37,450 nucleotides of DNA from an uncultured Methanosarcinales archaeon (GTDB lineage: Archaea > Nanobdellota > Nanobdellia > Woesearchaeales > DATDXC01), in contig CAZDZV010000001.1 in NCBI GenBank assembly GCA_964510025.1, positions 127,949 to 165,398 of the forward strand, read 5' to 3'. A program made the translations under genes and the position numbers. The notes under the pieces are model-generated. The model was not told where the DNA came from and searched no databases. It saw only the letters and a program-made list of their open reading frames with translations. Shown piece by piece: positions 25,070 through 36,300 of the stretch; position 1 is the first letter of the stretch, and each line of letters starts with the position of its first letter.

Positions 25070-25561
25070 TTATGTGCAGATATCTAAGGTGATGTAAAGA
25101 ATAGTCTGACCGCTCGCATCAACCGGTATTGGGAACTGCTTTGATGTCCTTTGCCCGCTGCAGTTGCCCCTGCGATAGATGGGCACGGCGCCAACCTTGT
25201 TTGTTATTGCAGTGAATTCATAGCCGATGTTCCTTGAACCGAAAGTGTCGTCCAGCATCGCTGTAAGATATTTATGAAGGCTCTCGTTAGTATCGTCAAA
25301 AGCGTTGCACTGGAGGAAAGATGCTTTGCCTTCAGCTACATCCTGAAAAATTCTCGTGAAATCCAGATCCTTGCAGTAAGGATTTGTAGTCTTAAGCAGA
25401 GTACTCACAAAATTACTGGCGAGCTCTGTTTCAGCGTATTGCTTTTTATGCTCCTCTGGCTGCTCCATAATCACAAACCTTACCACAAAAAGCATGGCTA
25501 TGGATATGAGTATGACTATTAGCGCCAATCCCAGCATCTCCATCTGTGACTTTCTGCTCAT
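25070..25561 (-). CDS. Class III signal peptide (pilin-like) protein
   Basis: MSRKS|QMEMLGLALIVILISIAMLFVV. ATGA overlap with the upstream gene. Confidence 0.82.
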   Translation of the reverse strand: MSRKSQMEMLGLALIVILISIAMLFVVRFVIMEQPEEHKKQYAETELASNFVSTLLKTTNPYCKDLDFTRIFQDVAEGKASFLQCNAFDDTNESLHKYLTAMLDDTFGSRNIGYEFTAITNKVGAVPIYRRGNCSGQRTSKQFPIPVDASGQTILYITLDICT

Positions 25562-26028
25562 TGTTGGTATACATTTACCCCCATTAACCCGAAGTAGAAG
25601 CTCTTTTCTGTGGAATTCATCAAAGCTATGGGAATAAAGGTAGAGATCCTATTAAACCATATATCCGGTGTTCTATTGTATAAAACCCATTGCCTGTCTG
25701 CAGGGAATATCTCATAGATCATTATCTCACTGAAGCCAAAGGCATCATGATAGACAAAAGGATTGTCTTTTATGATCTGGCTTGCGGGACTCAATTTCAA
25801 CAGGTCTATACAGTTGTCTTTCCTCACATTGTCAGCTGAGCACTGGAGTTCAGCCATAAATGATGTTCTCTGGGAAATCTGAATTGCTTCCAACTCGAGC
25901 CTCTCCATATTTTTCCGATCGATGCCCCCTTCCATTACCTTTGTATAGAAGATCAGACCAAATGAGACAAACAGGAAAAAAATAAGAAGAATAGCTATCG
26001 TCTCGCCCATTTGTAACTGTGCCTTCAT
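25558..26028 (-). CDS. Class III signal peptide (pilin-like) protein
   Basis: Start moved to 26028, 1 nt after the upstream stop: MKA|QLQMGETIAILLIFFLFVSFGLIFY. Confidence 0.82.
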   Translation of the reverse strand: MKAQLQMGETIAILLIFFLFVSFGLIFYTKVMEGGIDRKNMERLELEAIQISQRTSFMAELQCSADNVRKDNCIDLLKLSPASQIIKDNPFVYHDAFGFSEIMIYEIFPADRQWVLYNRTPDIWFNRISTFIPIALMNSTEKSFYFGLMGVNVYQQ

Positions 26029-26029
26029 T

Positions 26030-27058
26030 TTAATATATAAGTACGCATGAATACAGCTTGGCAATGCCATTATTGTGATTCAAGCCATCTGTCCAATAAA
26101 TTGCATCATAGACCTGGTCGATATCATCTTTATTGAAGTCTGAAGAATCTGACATAACCTGCAAATCAGCTACTGCGCTTGTGTGCGGAACTGAGCACTG
26201 TGCTGCCCCATAAAATTCTACGAGCTCCTTTGACCTGTTAAGGTAAATGTCGGTAACAATAGCCAGCTTTTCAAATGCTTTCTTCATTGAACAGTTATAC
26301 ATTTCAATATCGTGCGAAAATATTGCTCCGATCAATGATTCTCTACCTAGGTAAGGGGTAGTGCCTTTCAGCTGCCATGTGCTTCCCGATTTTTCAAAGA
26401 AGGATATCATCCCTTTATTCCTTGTCGGATCGGGGCTTATATTGATGGCCGTAACATGCTCATTATCCATCCTTCTTATCCCATTTAGCATCGGGTCACC
26501 CAGGCTAGCTGGGTTTTGATTCACGAAAACGTATTTTACCCTGTAGTTGTTCTTGTCAGCGACATCTGCCCCGGCATTCACAAATTCCTTGCCTATCTCT
26601 TCTGGAAGCCAGCTGTCATAAATAGTCTCTGCAAAATCAGATCCTGTATCATTGACAATTATATATCTTACCTCAGGGCTGGTAACATAAAGAAAATTGG
26701 TGATCCAGTAAGGCATATTCCAATCCAGGGCCCATGTTATAAGATTTACCCCTTTCAGTATGTCGGGCGAAAAGATTATCTTGTCCCTAACAGGTATATT
26801 GACATCCTTTATACGATAATTATTGCATTCAAACCTTATTTCTGAGCTTGGTATCTTTATCAGATTGACTGTACCTGTACTTACCTTCGCACCGGTCAGT
26901 ATTGTCTCAAGATCAACCAAGATTGTTGAGCTTATCCTGGTGTCTGATATCGCTTTCTGCTTGGTCACTATAGAAATAAAGAAAAGCAGGATAAGAGCTC
27001 CGGCTATTATGATAAATATCCAGTTGAACTGCACCTCGATTGCTGCTTTTTTTGACAT
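26030..27058 (-). CDS. Class III signal peptide (pilin-like) protein, 342 aa
   Basis: MSKKA|AIEVQFNWIFIIIAGALILLFFISIV. Confidence 0.82.
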   Translation of the reverse strand: MSKKAAIEVQFNWIFIIIAGALILLFFISIVTKQKAISDTRISSTILVDLETILTGAKVSTGTVNLIKIPSSEIRFECNNYRIKDVNIPVRDKIIFSPDILKGVNLITWALDWNMPYWITNFLYVTSPEVRYIIVNDTGSDFAETIYDSWLPEEIGKEFVNAGADVADKNNYRVKYVFVNQNPASLGDPMLNGIRRMDNEHVTAINISPDPTRNKGMISFFEKSGSTWQLKGTTPYLGRESLIGAIFSHDIEMYNCSMKKAFEKLAIVTDIYLNRSKELVEFYGAAQCSVPHTSAVADLQVMSDSSDFNKDDIDQVYDAIYWTDGLNHNNGIAKLYSCVLIY

Positions 27059-27059
27059 C

Positions 27060-27554
27060 TTAGATAGTCATATTCCATGATTTTATCTCTGCCCTATCAC
27101 CAAGACCTTTAAGCTCCAGCCTAAGTCTGCCCTGCAGTGCCTTTATGCAGATATAGTCATCCTCAACCTCGATGTTCCCCACATATACGGAATCCTCGAT
27201 TTTGTCTGTCATAAAGAACGCATTTTCCTTTACGCCTGAATCCACCATATCCCTTACCATTATATGGGCTTCCGGAATCTCAGCGGAGCTGTCAACATCA
27301 GAATCGACAAAACAGATCTCAGAATATCTGTTTGGCAAGATGAATTCCATGCGCTTAACGCTGCCGTAGTCTGGGCTGATGATCCGGATTGCAGACTCTA
27401 GGTCAGTCCTAAACTTTACATCAGATACTTCATCCGCCCTATTTATGAAATAATCAATGGCTTTGTATCCGTAAAAAAAGATTATAGCAACGAGAATAAT
27501 TGAAAGTATATAGATAAAAATTTGGCTGTGTATCTGTGATTTTCTAGAAACCAA
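27060..27554 (-). CDS. Class III signal peptide (pilin-like) protein
   Basis: TTG start 1 nt after the upstream stop. VSRKS|QIHSQIFIYILSIILVAIIFFYGY. Confidence 0.82.
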   Translation of the reverse strand: MVSRKSQIHSQIFIYILSIILVAIIFFYGYKAIDYFINRADEVSDVKFRTDLESAIRIISPDYGSVKRMEFILPNRYSEICFVDSDVDSSAEIPEAHIMVRDMVDSGVKENAFFMTDKIEDSVYVGNIEVEDDYICIKALQGRLRLELKGLGDRAEIKSWNMTI

Positions 27555-27555
27555 T

Positions 27556-30381
27556 TTACACTCCTTTGAGCTTTTCTTTTACAGTATCAATATCTTTTTT
27601 CTTTTTTGGGCTTATTTTTGAAAGTTTTTCAAATGCGCCTTTTTTAGCATTTTCTTCTGTTATTTTCTTCAGCTTGGAGAAAACTTCAGTTTTTTTCTTT
27701 TTTGCCTTCTTGGTTTTCTTTTTAGGCTCCTTTTTAGCAGTTTTTTCTTTTTCCTGGGGTTCTTTCTTCGCTTCTTTCGGTTCTGGAGCTTTTGATGTCG
27801 GTTTCTTCTCACTGAAGGCTCCGAATATATCTTTCCGCTCCTCTGTCTTCTTTTTTGGCCTTCGTTTCCTGGCTAAATAAGGCATCTTAGGTGATGGTTT
27901 TGCAGGATGCAATGGCTGTGATGGGCTGGTAGGAGGGGGCATTGGCTTCTCTTTCTTAAAAAGATCCCCCCCATACTTATAAATCAGGAAAGCAGCTCCT
28001 CCTGCCAGGGCCAAAACCAGCAAAATTATCATAATCATCCGGAAAGGTTTTGACTTTGAAGGCTTTGAAGCCGGATCTAAAGGATCGGTTCCCTCATACA
28101 GCTCTTCACTATCGCTAAATCCATCTGAATCTGTATCTGCTTTGGTTGGATTTGTACCGCTTTGATACTCTTCCTTGTTTGTCAGCCCGTCCTCATCAAA
28201 ATCCTGGTTGGGGTCCGCACAAGTCTTACAGTCGAAATATTGCTGTTCGAAGCTATCTGGAAGCCCATCATTATCTGAATCAGAATCGCATGCGTCCCCG
28301 TGTCCGTCGCCATCTGAATCTGCCTGGTCTGGGTTTGCGTTATTTGGGCAGTTATCCTGCCCATCTATCACGCCGTCGCCGTCGCTGTCAACTGTCCGTA
28401 GCACGCATTTTTTGATCCCGCTTACTGCCTTGCATTCAGCAGACAGGACACAGTCATCATCTGTATCGCATTTCCTACCAACACTACATCTCTGGCAGTT
28501 GCCGCCGCAGTCTATATCTGTCTCATCGGGATCCAGCCTGCTGTTTGTACAGCTATCTCGCTGCTCCACACATTTCTTTGTAGATGAGTCACAGTTCCTA
28601 GAATCACAGTCTGAGTCATCGTCACAGTCGTCCCCTATGGAACAGTCTGGGCATGATCCTCCGCAGTCAATATCTGTCTCATCTCCGTTTTTCCTGCCAT
28701 CGTTGCAGGATTCTGGCTGGCATTTATTAGAAGCATTGCAGAATTCGCTGAGACAGTCTGAATCTATCGAGCAGTTTCTGCCTTCTGAGCATGATTCACA
28801 GCTGCCGCCGCAGTCTATATCTGTCTCATCCCCATCCTTAAGGTCGTTCGAGCAGCTTACCGGGGTCTTGCTGATGTCAACCTTAATCAGGCTACTGCTC
28901 ATGTTCTCGCTCCATAGACCAAGGCTATTCCTTGCCCGAACCGCAAAATAATATTCGTGGCTGTCATTAAGTGCCAAGCCCCCTTCGCAGCCATCAGTGC
29001 TTGATGTTATGTCCTGAGCGATTATCTCATCTGATTCCTCTTCAATTATATGGTATTCGTATAAATCAACACCAGATTCGTCATCGTAAGCTTCCCATTC
29101 TCCGCATAGCTGGTCTGTCCTGTATGTTACAGAAGAATCGTTTAGAGGACTAGTGGTGTTAACATACAGCATTTCAGGGGGCGTGGTATCCAGTGTGAAG
29201 GTAAAAGCCTGCTTTATCGTCCCCCCTATAGAAAACACACATTCTGCATGATAAGTATATGTTCCGTTTGTGAAGGTTCCTATGGCAGGATAAATATGCT
29301 CATAATAGTTGCCTATTCTTGTGGGAGGAGGAAGGTCCACGGAACTGCCCATATCTGAATTCTCTGAATATCTGCACAAGGAATTTCTGTTTGTGGTTAT
29401 ATTCAAAGAGGGGGTCTGATCCGCTACATATCTGGTGGGATAATTTATGGTAAGGGTTGAAGGTGCGTTAGTATTAACATTGAATGAAATTTGGGCTTCA
29501 TCTGAAACAAGGCCTGCCTTATTCTTGCACCTGACATAATAGTTATTCACACGCCCATCCATAAGATCAGTAAGGTTCTTGGTGTGAATCAGCGAGTAAG
29601 CATCTTCCTGCAGCTCATTTTCATCGTCAAAATCGGACATATTCTCGTAGCCCTGATTAGCTAGCCTATGATAGCGGCATACACTGTCTTCATCTGTCTG
29701 CACAACCAGTACCGTCTTTAGTATTTTCTGTATAGGGTCCTCATATTCAAATACATCATCTGCATGATGATAAACTATATTGGGCTTTGAATTGTCAACA
29801 AGTATGATATATCTTTTGTAGTATATCTCATCGAAATCATCCTTGCAGCCAACATATAAGGCTCCTTCCTGGCTAAAACCAGGCTGGCTATGCAAGATCA
29901 TCCCTGTTGTATTGAAGGCAAAAGGCAAAGAACTATATACGGGGTATAGATAGCCATACCGGCATTCAGCTGCTGCATCTGTCTCTATGGTAAGGTTAAA
30001 CGGTGAATAGGAGGAAACACCGAATTCAGGAGAAATCAGGGTGATATTTATGTCCCTTCTTGCAACTGTGAAGCCTTCCTCTACTACCGGACCCCAAATA
30101 TTATTTATGCCTTTTGCTGTAATTGAAAAGGTGTAAGCCCCTTCAGAAAGCACAGTTGCGGGCTCAAAGCTAAGAACCTTCTTATCAGCCGAGAGATGGG
30201 GATTTGCTAAGGGTATTTCATTTGTAGTATTGGTGATATTGGCTATATATACAGGAGAGCCCGCAGTAATGTTAATTGGGAAATCGAAGAAAACAGTTAT
30301 GAAAGGATGGGGTCCAACTGCCAGAGCTGCTGCTGCTATTAATAACATTATTACTAGTGGAATAGTCTTTTTTGCTTTCAT
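27556..30381 (-). CDS. Type I membrane surface protein: Ig-like domains, three Cys-rich repeats, TSP3/Ca-binding repeats, transmembrane anchor, Pro/Lys-rich cytoplasmic tail
   Basis: Signal peptide, then SC.N...D.DETDIDCGG.C three times, DSDGDGVIDGQDNCP..ANPDQADSDGDGHGDACD and DTDSDGFSD. Transmembrane segment MIMIILLVLALAGGAAFLIY followed by a ~135-aa basic tail. Confidence 0.88.
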   Translation of the reverse strand: MKAKKTIPLVIMLLIAAAALAVGPHPFITVFFDFPINITAGSPVYIANITNTTNEIPLANPHLSADKKVLSFEPATVLSEGAYTFSITAKGINNIWGPVVEEGFTVARRDINITLISPEFGVSSYSPFNLTIETDAAAECRYGYLYPVYSSLPFAFNTTGMILHSQPGFSQEGALYVGCKDDFDEIYYKRYIILVDNSKPNIVYHHADDVFEYEDPIQKILKTVLVVQTDEDSVCRYHRLANQGYENMSDFDDENELQEDAYSLIHTKNLTDLMDGRVNNYYVRCKNKAGLVSDEAQISFNVNTNAPSTLTINYPTRYVADQTPSLNITTNRNSLCRYSENSDMGSSVDLPPPTRIGNYYEHIYPAIGTFTNGTYTYHAECVFSIGGTIKQAFTFTLDTTPPEMLYVNTTSPLNDSSVTYRTDQLCGEWEAYDDESGVDLYEYHIIEEESDEIIAQDITSSTDGCEGGLALNDSHEYYFAVRARNSLGLWSENMSSSLIKVDISKTPVSCSNDLKDGDETDIDCGGSCESCSEGRNCSIDSDCLSEFCNASNKCQPESCNDGRKNGDETDIDCGGSCPDCSIGDDCDDDSDCDSRNCDSSTKKCVEQRDSCTNSRLDPDETDIDCGGNCQRCSVGRKCDTDDDCVLSAECKAVSGIKKCVLRTVDSDGDGVIDGQDNCPNNANPDQADSDGDGHGDACDSDSDNDGLPDSFEQQYFDCKTCADPNQDFDEDGLTNKEEYQSGTNPTKADTDSDGFSDSEELYEGTDPLDPASKPSKSKPFRMIMIILLVLALAGGAAFLIYKYGGDLFKKEKPMPPPTSPSQPLHPAKPSPKMPYLARKRRPKKKTEERKDIFGAFSEKKPTSKAPEPKEAKKEPQEKEKTAKKEPKKKTKKAKKKKTEVFSKLKKITEENAKKGAFEKLSKISPKKKKDIDTVKEKLKGV
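28501..28830. repeat. Coding repeats for DETDIDCGG (three copies)
   Basis: GCCGCCGCAGTCTATATCTGTCTCATC is identical at 28501-28527 and 28804-28830, with a near-identical copy at about 28661-28683. Confidence 0.85.
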
Positions 30382-33300
30382 ATTATAGTTATTTCAGTTG
30401 CGTTCGGTCCTTCGTACCAGCTTGTAAATACTAGATTAAATGAATTCGGCTCGACATCCGGCTGCAGAGGTTCACATTCGACAGTGATTGTGTAGGTAGT
30501 CTTATCTGGCAGTCCTTCAAGAGCTGTCTGTGATGCAGACAGCCTTGCTGTATGCCTGAAAAAGCTACCTTCATCTGTGGCTATAAAATTAGCAACAACA
30601 GAACTATTATCATACAGATAAATGTCCTGATCTGAGGATATTGAGCATCGGGACATTTTGTTGGTAAGGAATGACATAACAGGGTTCTCCTCAAATATAT
30701 ATTCAGATATAGTTGGACTCATGATGATAACAGATACAATAGGCATATAATGGAGGTTTACGGTCCAAGTAGCAGCAACATTAGCTGCCTTATCCGCACA
30801 TGCTATATAATAGGTGTTCAGACCTTCCTCAAGTATTAAATCCTGCTGGTTCAGGTGTTCAGATACGTATTGATCCCCAAACCGGTTTTCCATGAGTGTG
30901 AAGTTAGTGTGTAAATCATCATATTTGCATATGGTGGATTCGTTTGTCAATATATTTAGTTTAGTCCTTGGGTCCTCATATAACATATATGTTCTCGAAG
31001 TGGCTGTCGATCCAGCCAGCTCATAGTTGCTTCTTGTCTGAGTTATGTCTATTATTGTAGGTGCGACAATATCAACATTTAGTATTATTGTATGGTTCAT
31101 CATATTGCCGAAACTGTCCTGACAGGCTATAATAACGGCGGATTCTATACCTGCCTCAACATAAGCCGTTGGCAGTCCGAACCTTATGGTGGACGAATGA
31201 ACAAGTCCATCTGAAGATGTAAACTCTACAGAGTCTGGCAGGCCAGAACTCGGTGTATAATCTAAAGTACAGGCAGCTGATTCGTCTGTCTGAATTTCTA
31301 TGGTTGGTGTCCTATCAGAAGTCGCATATGTTTCCGGATGAAAGCCAACAATCTCCGGTCCTTTTAAGTCTGTCGATATTATTATGCTGCTGCTAGAAGT
31401 CTTCTGATTCCTTCCGGTTCCTGTTATGGTTATATTGTTTCTCACTTCTTGGCCGTGAAAGAGTGGGAGATCAACGGTTATATTAAAGTGTTCAGGACCC
31501 TTTTCAATAAATGCTGACTTGTCGATACCATTTATATCTACATTTATCCCTAGTTCAGCATAGCTGTGTGCCCCCACTATTGTGATAGTCTCGTCATTTG
31601 TTTTGTAATAGCTATCTGATGGGTTGTATTGTATATCATTATTTATTATGTCTAGGATGGAAATGCTGGGTATCCTCCTATCCAGTAATGTCATTTCTGT
31701 TGCACTGTTAACGTTACCTGCCAGGTCCTCTATAACTGCTATTATTGTCTTATTTCCATCGGGCTCGTTCAGCTGCACATTTGTGGAAAAGGATCCCCCT
31801 GAACAACTGGACCAGCCAAGCAGATTATCCAAATCATCTTCATAGATATAAACATCATTATCCCCCAATCCAGTGTTATCTGAACAGGAGCCACTTACAG
31901 CAATCGTCAACTCAGGAGATATCTGGGGCAATGCATCAAGTGTTATCTCTGGGGGGGTAGTATCTACTGTAAAGTATCCATGATAGGTACCTTCTGCACC
32001 CCATTCCATAGTCTCCAGCATCTTTCTGGCTTTCACCAGCACCTCATACAAGCCATCATCCAACGGTGCACTAATCGCAGCGTCAAATGCACTGCTTTCC
32101 ATAGGGGGCCAGCTATATATCTCATCACCACCCTTATTTAAGGATATCTTAGTCATATTTATCTCGGGCTCACTGAACTGTATGGATATGGTTGGTGTGT
32201 TATTTACATATCCGTCTGGTTGTATAGATGGTGAAGAGGGCGCAGACTCATCTATAACAAAGCTCCATACTTCCGTTACAGTGTTTCCAGCATTGTCTGT
32301 TATGGTTAGCTGCAGCTCATGGTCAGATACTGTCAGGTTTGTAACTGGCATATATTCAATTTTATCTATATTTATTAGGTAGGAAGCCGGTTCGACCCCA
32401 TCTAGTAGGAGCTGGACCTGCTGGATATCTACTCCCGACTGAAGGTCCATATATCTGGCCAAAACCAGAGGCTTTCTATCGCCGATTATTGAGTTTGGAT
32501 TAGGAATAAGGCTATGTATCATGGGGGGCGAAATATCGATCATAAGACCATCTGTTGGATTTGTGTAGGTAGCTGCATTTCCTGCCCTATCAGTACATCT
32601 TACCCGAGCATAATATGTTACCCCATTATCCCCTGAAAATAGATGGGTGCCTGGCAATAGCTCTGCTGTTCTGGGACTGTGGAACTGCAGATTATCAGCT
32701 ATCTGAATCTCGCATATATCGATTTCTGTCTCCATATCATAGGCTGAGAAAGTAAAGTTCAGCATTCCAGTTGAATATAGACCTGAATCCTGCAGAGATG
32801 TTACAACGGGAGCCTGTGTATCAACCTTTATTGGTGGTGTTGATTGGTATTCTCCAAAATTACCAGCTGCATCCACACACATGATGTGTGCATAATAGGT
32901 CTTGTTGTTCTGGGCCCCGAACCATGTATGTTCGAAAAGTGTGTTTGTAGCTGTAAACAGGACTTGGGAGCCTGTACTATCGTTTATCATTATATAACAG
33001 TCAACTACATCTGCTCCCCGGCTGTATTCTAAGCCAAACGAAAAGTTCAGTGATGCATCTGTTGAATAATCTTCGCTTTCTATGTAGGAGACTACTGGAG
33101 CTGAAGTGTCTATCATGTATTGGATGGAGTAGGTGGCAATCTTTCCTGCTGAATTTCTGGCTGTCACTGAAAGATCATAGGCTCTTCCCTCCTCTTTTTC
33201 GTCTGTAACCTCATATCTGAAAACTGACCCATCAATGTCTACAAAGTAATCAGGCTGGAGTATCTCTACATCCTCATTGAACTTGGCCAAGAAACAGGGT

Positions 33301-36300
33301 TTTGTATTATTTATGTAGCCTGGAACGGGGACATCATTGCATAGATAGAATCCATCAAAATCAGGGGCAGAAGTGTCTATTGCAAATTGCCAGTCATTAG
33401 TGTGCCTATTATTGCCAGCAATATCTGAAACATTCATCTCTACAACATGCTGGCCCTCTGTGATATCTGTTCCGGGAACGTAGCTTATGCGGGTCATCGT
33501 GACTGAATATTGGCCTGTGGCCATGCCAACTACAGAACCGTCAAGCATTAGCATGGCAGATGTTGAATTTATGCCGAAGTTATCGCTGAGGGTTGCTTTT
33601 ATCTCTGGCTTTGTTGTTAAGACTGTCGTATCCCTGGGCCTTGGATTGACTATATCCGGTTTGATATTATCATAAATTATTGCCTTAGATATTGTATTCT
33701 TTATACCTAGTTGGTTTGTGGAGACTATATTCAGCTCATTTGGATTATGCGACATAAGTTGGACAGTAAAGTTAAATGTCCCATCGGATGCTATCGTGCT
33801 CTCCTTAATAACTCCATTAATGAAGACTTCAACCAGACTCGAGATATTTGTTATACCTGATATATGGAGAGGCTGGCTAGTTATCCCATCATAAAGATTG
33901 TATTGCTTGAGAGGAGATATCTGGGCAACAAGGTATGGCTGTCTACTGTCATAAATTATCCCTATGCTATCTTGGCTTGTCCTCCCAAGCTTATCTGTTA
34001 TAAGTGCAGTAATATTTTTGGAAGCCACCTCATCAGTACCATTTATCAGCACTTCAGCTGCAAATGAGTTTGCCGGTTTGTTTATTTCGTCATCTAGGTA
34101 GAGCTGCCCCCCTATTATATCCCCTATTATCTTTATGCTCTCCAGATTTTCCTCCAAAAATTCTCCTTCTATTAAAACTGATACATCTCCAGATGCCGAA
34201 TTGTGCTGGGGACTTGTTATTGTGATAGCGGGGGGGACTGTGTCTACTGTAAATAAGATATGGGCATGATTTTCGTTCATATCACTGTTGTGGCAATTGA
34301 TTTCGAGTTTATGTGCCCCATCGTCTATCGGATCGAATCTTATTGAGTAGAATGAATCATTTATCTTCGCTAACCCAGACCTGGATATACTGTCCAGCTT
34401 AATGCTATCGACGGTAACCTCCTGGTTGTATAATATGGATATGTTTACGCCATCTTCGCCTATAAAGTTGGGATATCCTGCCTGAGCACCATTTAGGTAG
34501 AATATAGGATCGTACAAAGCAGAGGCCTGTATGTTAAACTGCCAGATAATCTCGTTATAATTCTGATAATTATCTTCAGCGCCCACCAGAACAGTGTAGA
34601 TGCCATCGGGCATACTGGAATTATAATACTCAACTTTTCCTGTGATCGGATTATAATCGAATGCTACCTGCTCATTGTTTATCTTCATCCTTATGGATGA
34701 GGCGTTTATACCGGACCAGTCTCCCTCAATGTACACATGAACATACTGGTTTTGTCCGCCCTTTATGTGCCCTTCCGCGGGATAGCTATTGGCGAATTTG
34801 GGCGGTATAGTATCAATCCCGATCTGCTGCTGATAGCTGCCCCAATTTCCAGTGAGGTCTTCCCCTGAGATGTTCAGTTGGTAACTGCCTGACTGTTCGC
34901 CAGTGATAGACATCGTATATCTGTATTTGTTGTTATCTTTGATCGAAAGAAGTGCTGTCCCTAGTCCTTTGATTTTTACTGATGGTTCTGCTGCCAGAGC
35001 TTCACTAGCAGTGAAATTAATCTCCAGCATGCTGCCATCCATGACAGCAGCAAAATCACCGAATGTGGGAGGGTTCTGATCTGATTCTATCGCAAGAGCA
35101 ACGGCGGCTTTTTGGCCTGCCTTGTCTGTCGCCTCTATAACAAATGAAGTGAGGCCATGCATAAGAGGATATTCCTCAGAATAGGAGTTATCAGGAAGAT
35201 AGTTTATCTTTCGTCCGTTTATCTTCAGTGTATCAAGGTTTTCTTCCGTAACTTTGCCATTTATTCTGACTGACTTAGCGTTGGTGGCCGAGGTGGGAGT
35301 ATTATCATTGATTATCGGAGCTGTCTTATCGATAACAAAATTTCTTATATATGTTCCAGAATTTCCGAACATATCCTCTACGTCAATAGAGATCTCCACA
35401 CTTCCTTCAGGGAATCTTCCTGAATATCTATAGGTTTTGTTTCTTGTTTGATCGGTGGAAAGGAAGTCATGTGAAGCTGCAACAGGGTTCACTTCTTCGT
35501 TAAACCTTACTTCTATACATAATGAATCATTAAACAGGAAATCATGCTCATGTATCAGGATATCTTCGCATAGCCACCAAGATGGTGCGCTAGGGGCCCG
35601 GGTATCTATACGGAAACTCCAAGAGGTCACATTATAGTTGCCTGTGGCATCTGCAACACCAATTTGGACATTATTCAGCCCTTCCATTAGGTCGAAGTAT
35701 GGAGTAAATGAGACAGTACCTCCATCTGGCGGCGGAAGCCCCAATGTGCCATTGTTTTCAGTCACTTCCTTTCCGTTGATTTTCATAATAATGGAACCGG
35801 TATCTATACTGTTGATATCAGCAATTTCAGCCCTTATAGTGGGCCGGATATCTGTAACTGTGGTCTGTGCGGCCGGCGCTAGAGGAACAACAGTCGGAGG
35901 CTTCACATCGTAGAAGACAAAGAAATCCTTATGCCTCACGTTTTGCTGGATATTTCTAGCCGTTACATTTATTCTATTAACCGTAAGGGGCAGTTCAAGG
36001 TCAAGCGAAAAATCATTGTCGACTTCCAATACATGAACATCAAGCTCAGAAGCCAGCCTATGGCCGCTAAACTCTAAGCCATAACTATAGGTGCCTATCG
36101 CGTCAAATTCAATCTCAAGTGATTCTCCAGATGGCAGTTCCTGCTTTGAGCTGTCCGGGAGCACTATCTTATAATTTGTTTCATCATTGTTGATTAACCT
36201 TAATTTGGATGTAAGGTTAATGGAAATTGTATCCTCTTGGAATGCTTGTGCGTTTATTGAGACTTCCTCATCTGCCGGAGTATTGAGTATATTTTGGGCA

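Noticed and set aside
28501..28830. 27-bp direct repeats as a possible CRISPR array or DGR template/variable repeat pair
   Set aside because: They are in-frame coding repeats (DETDIDCGG) about 145-160 bp apart, with no cas or reverse transcriptase gene in the window.
28175..28951. 258-aa Ser-rich plus-strand ORF, and the many other short antisense ORFs in the track
   Set aside because: Antisense shadows of Asp/Cys-rich or otherwise well-supported genes on the opposite strand.
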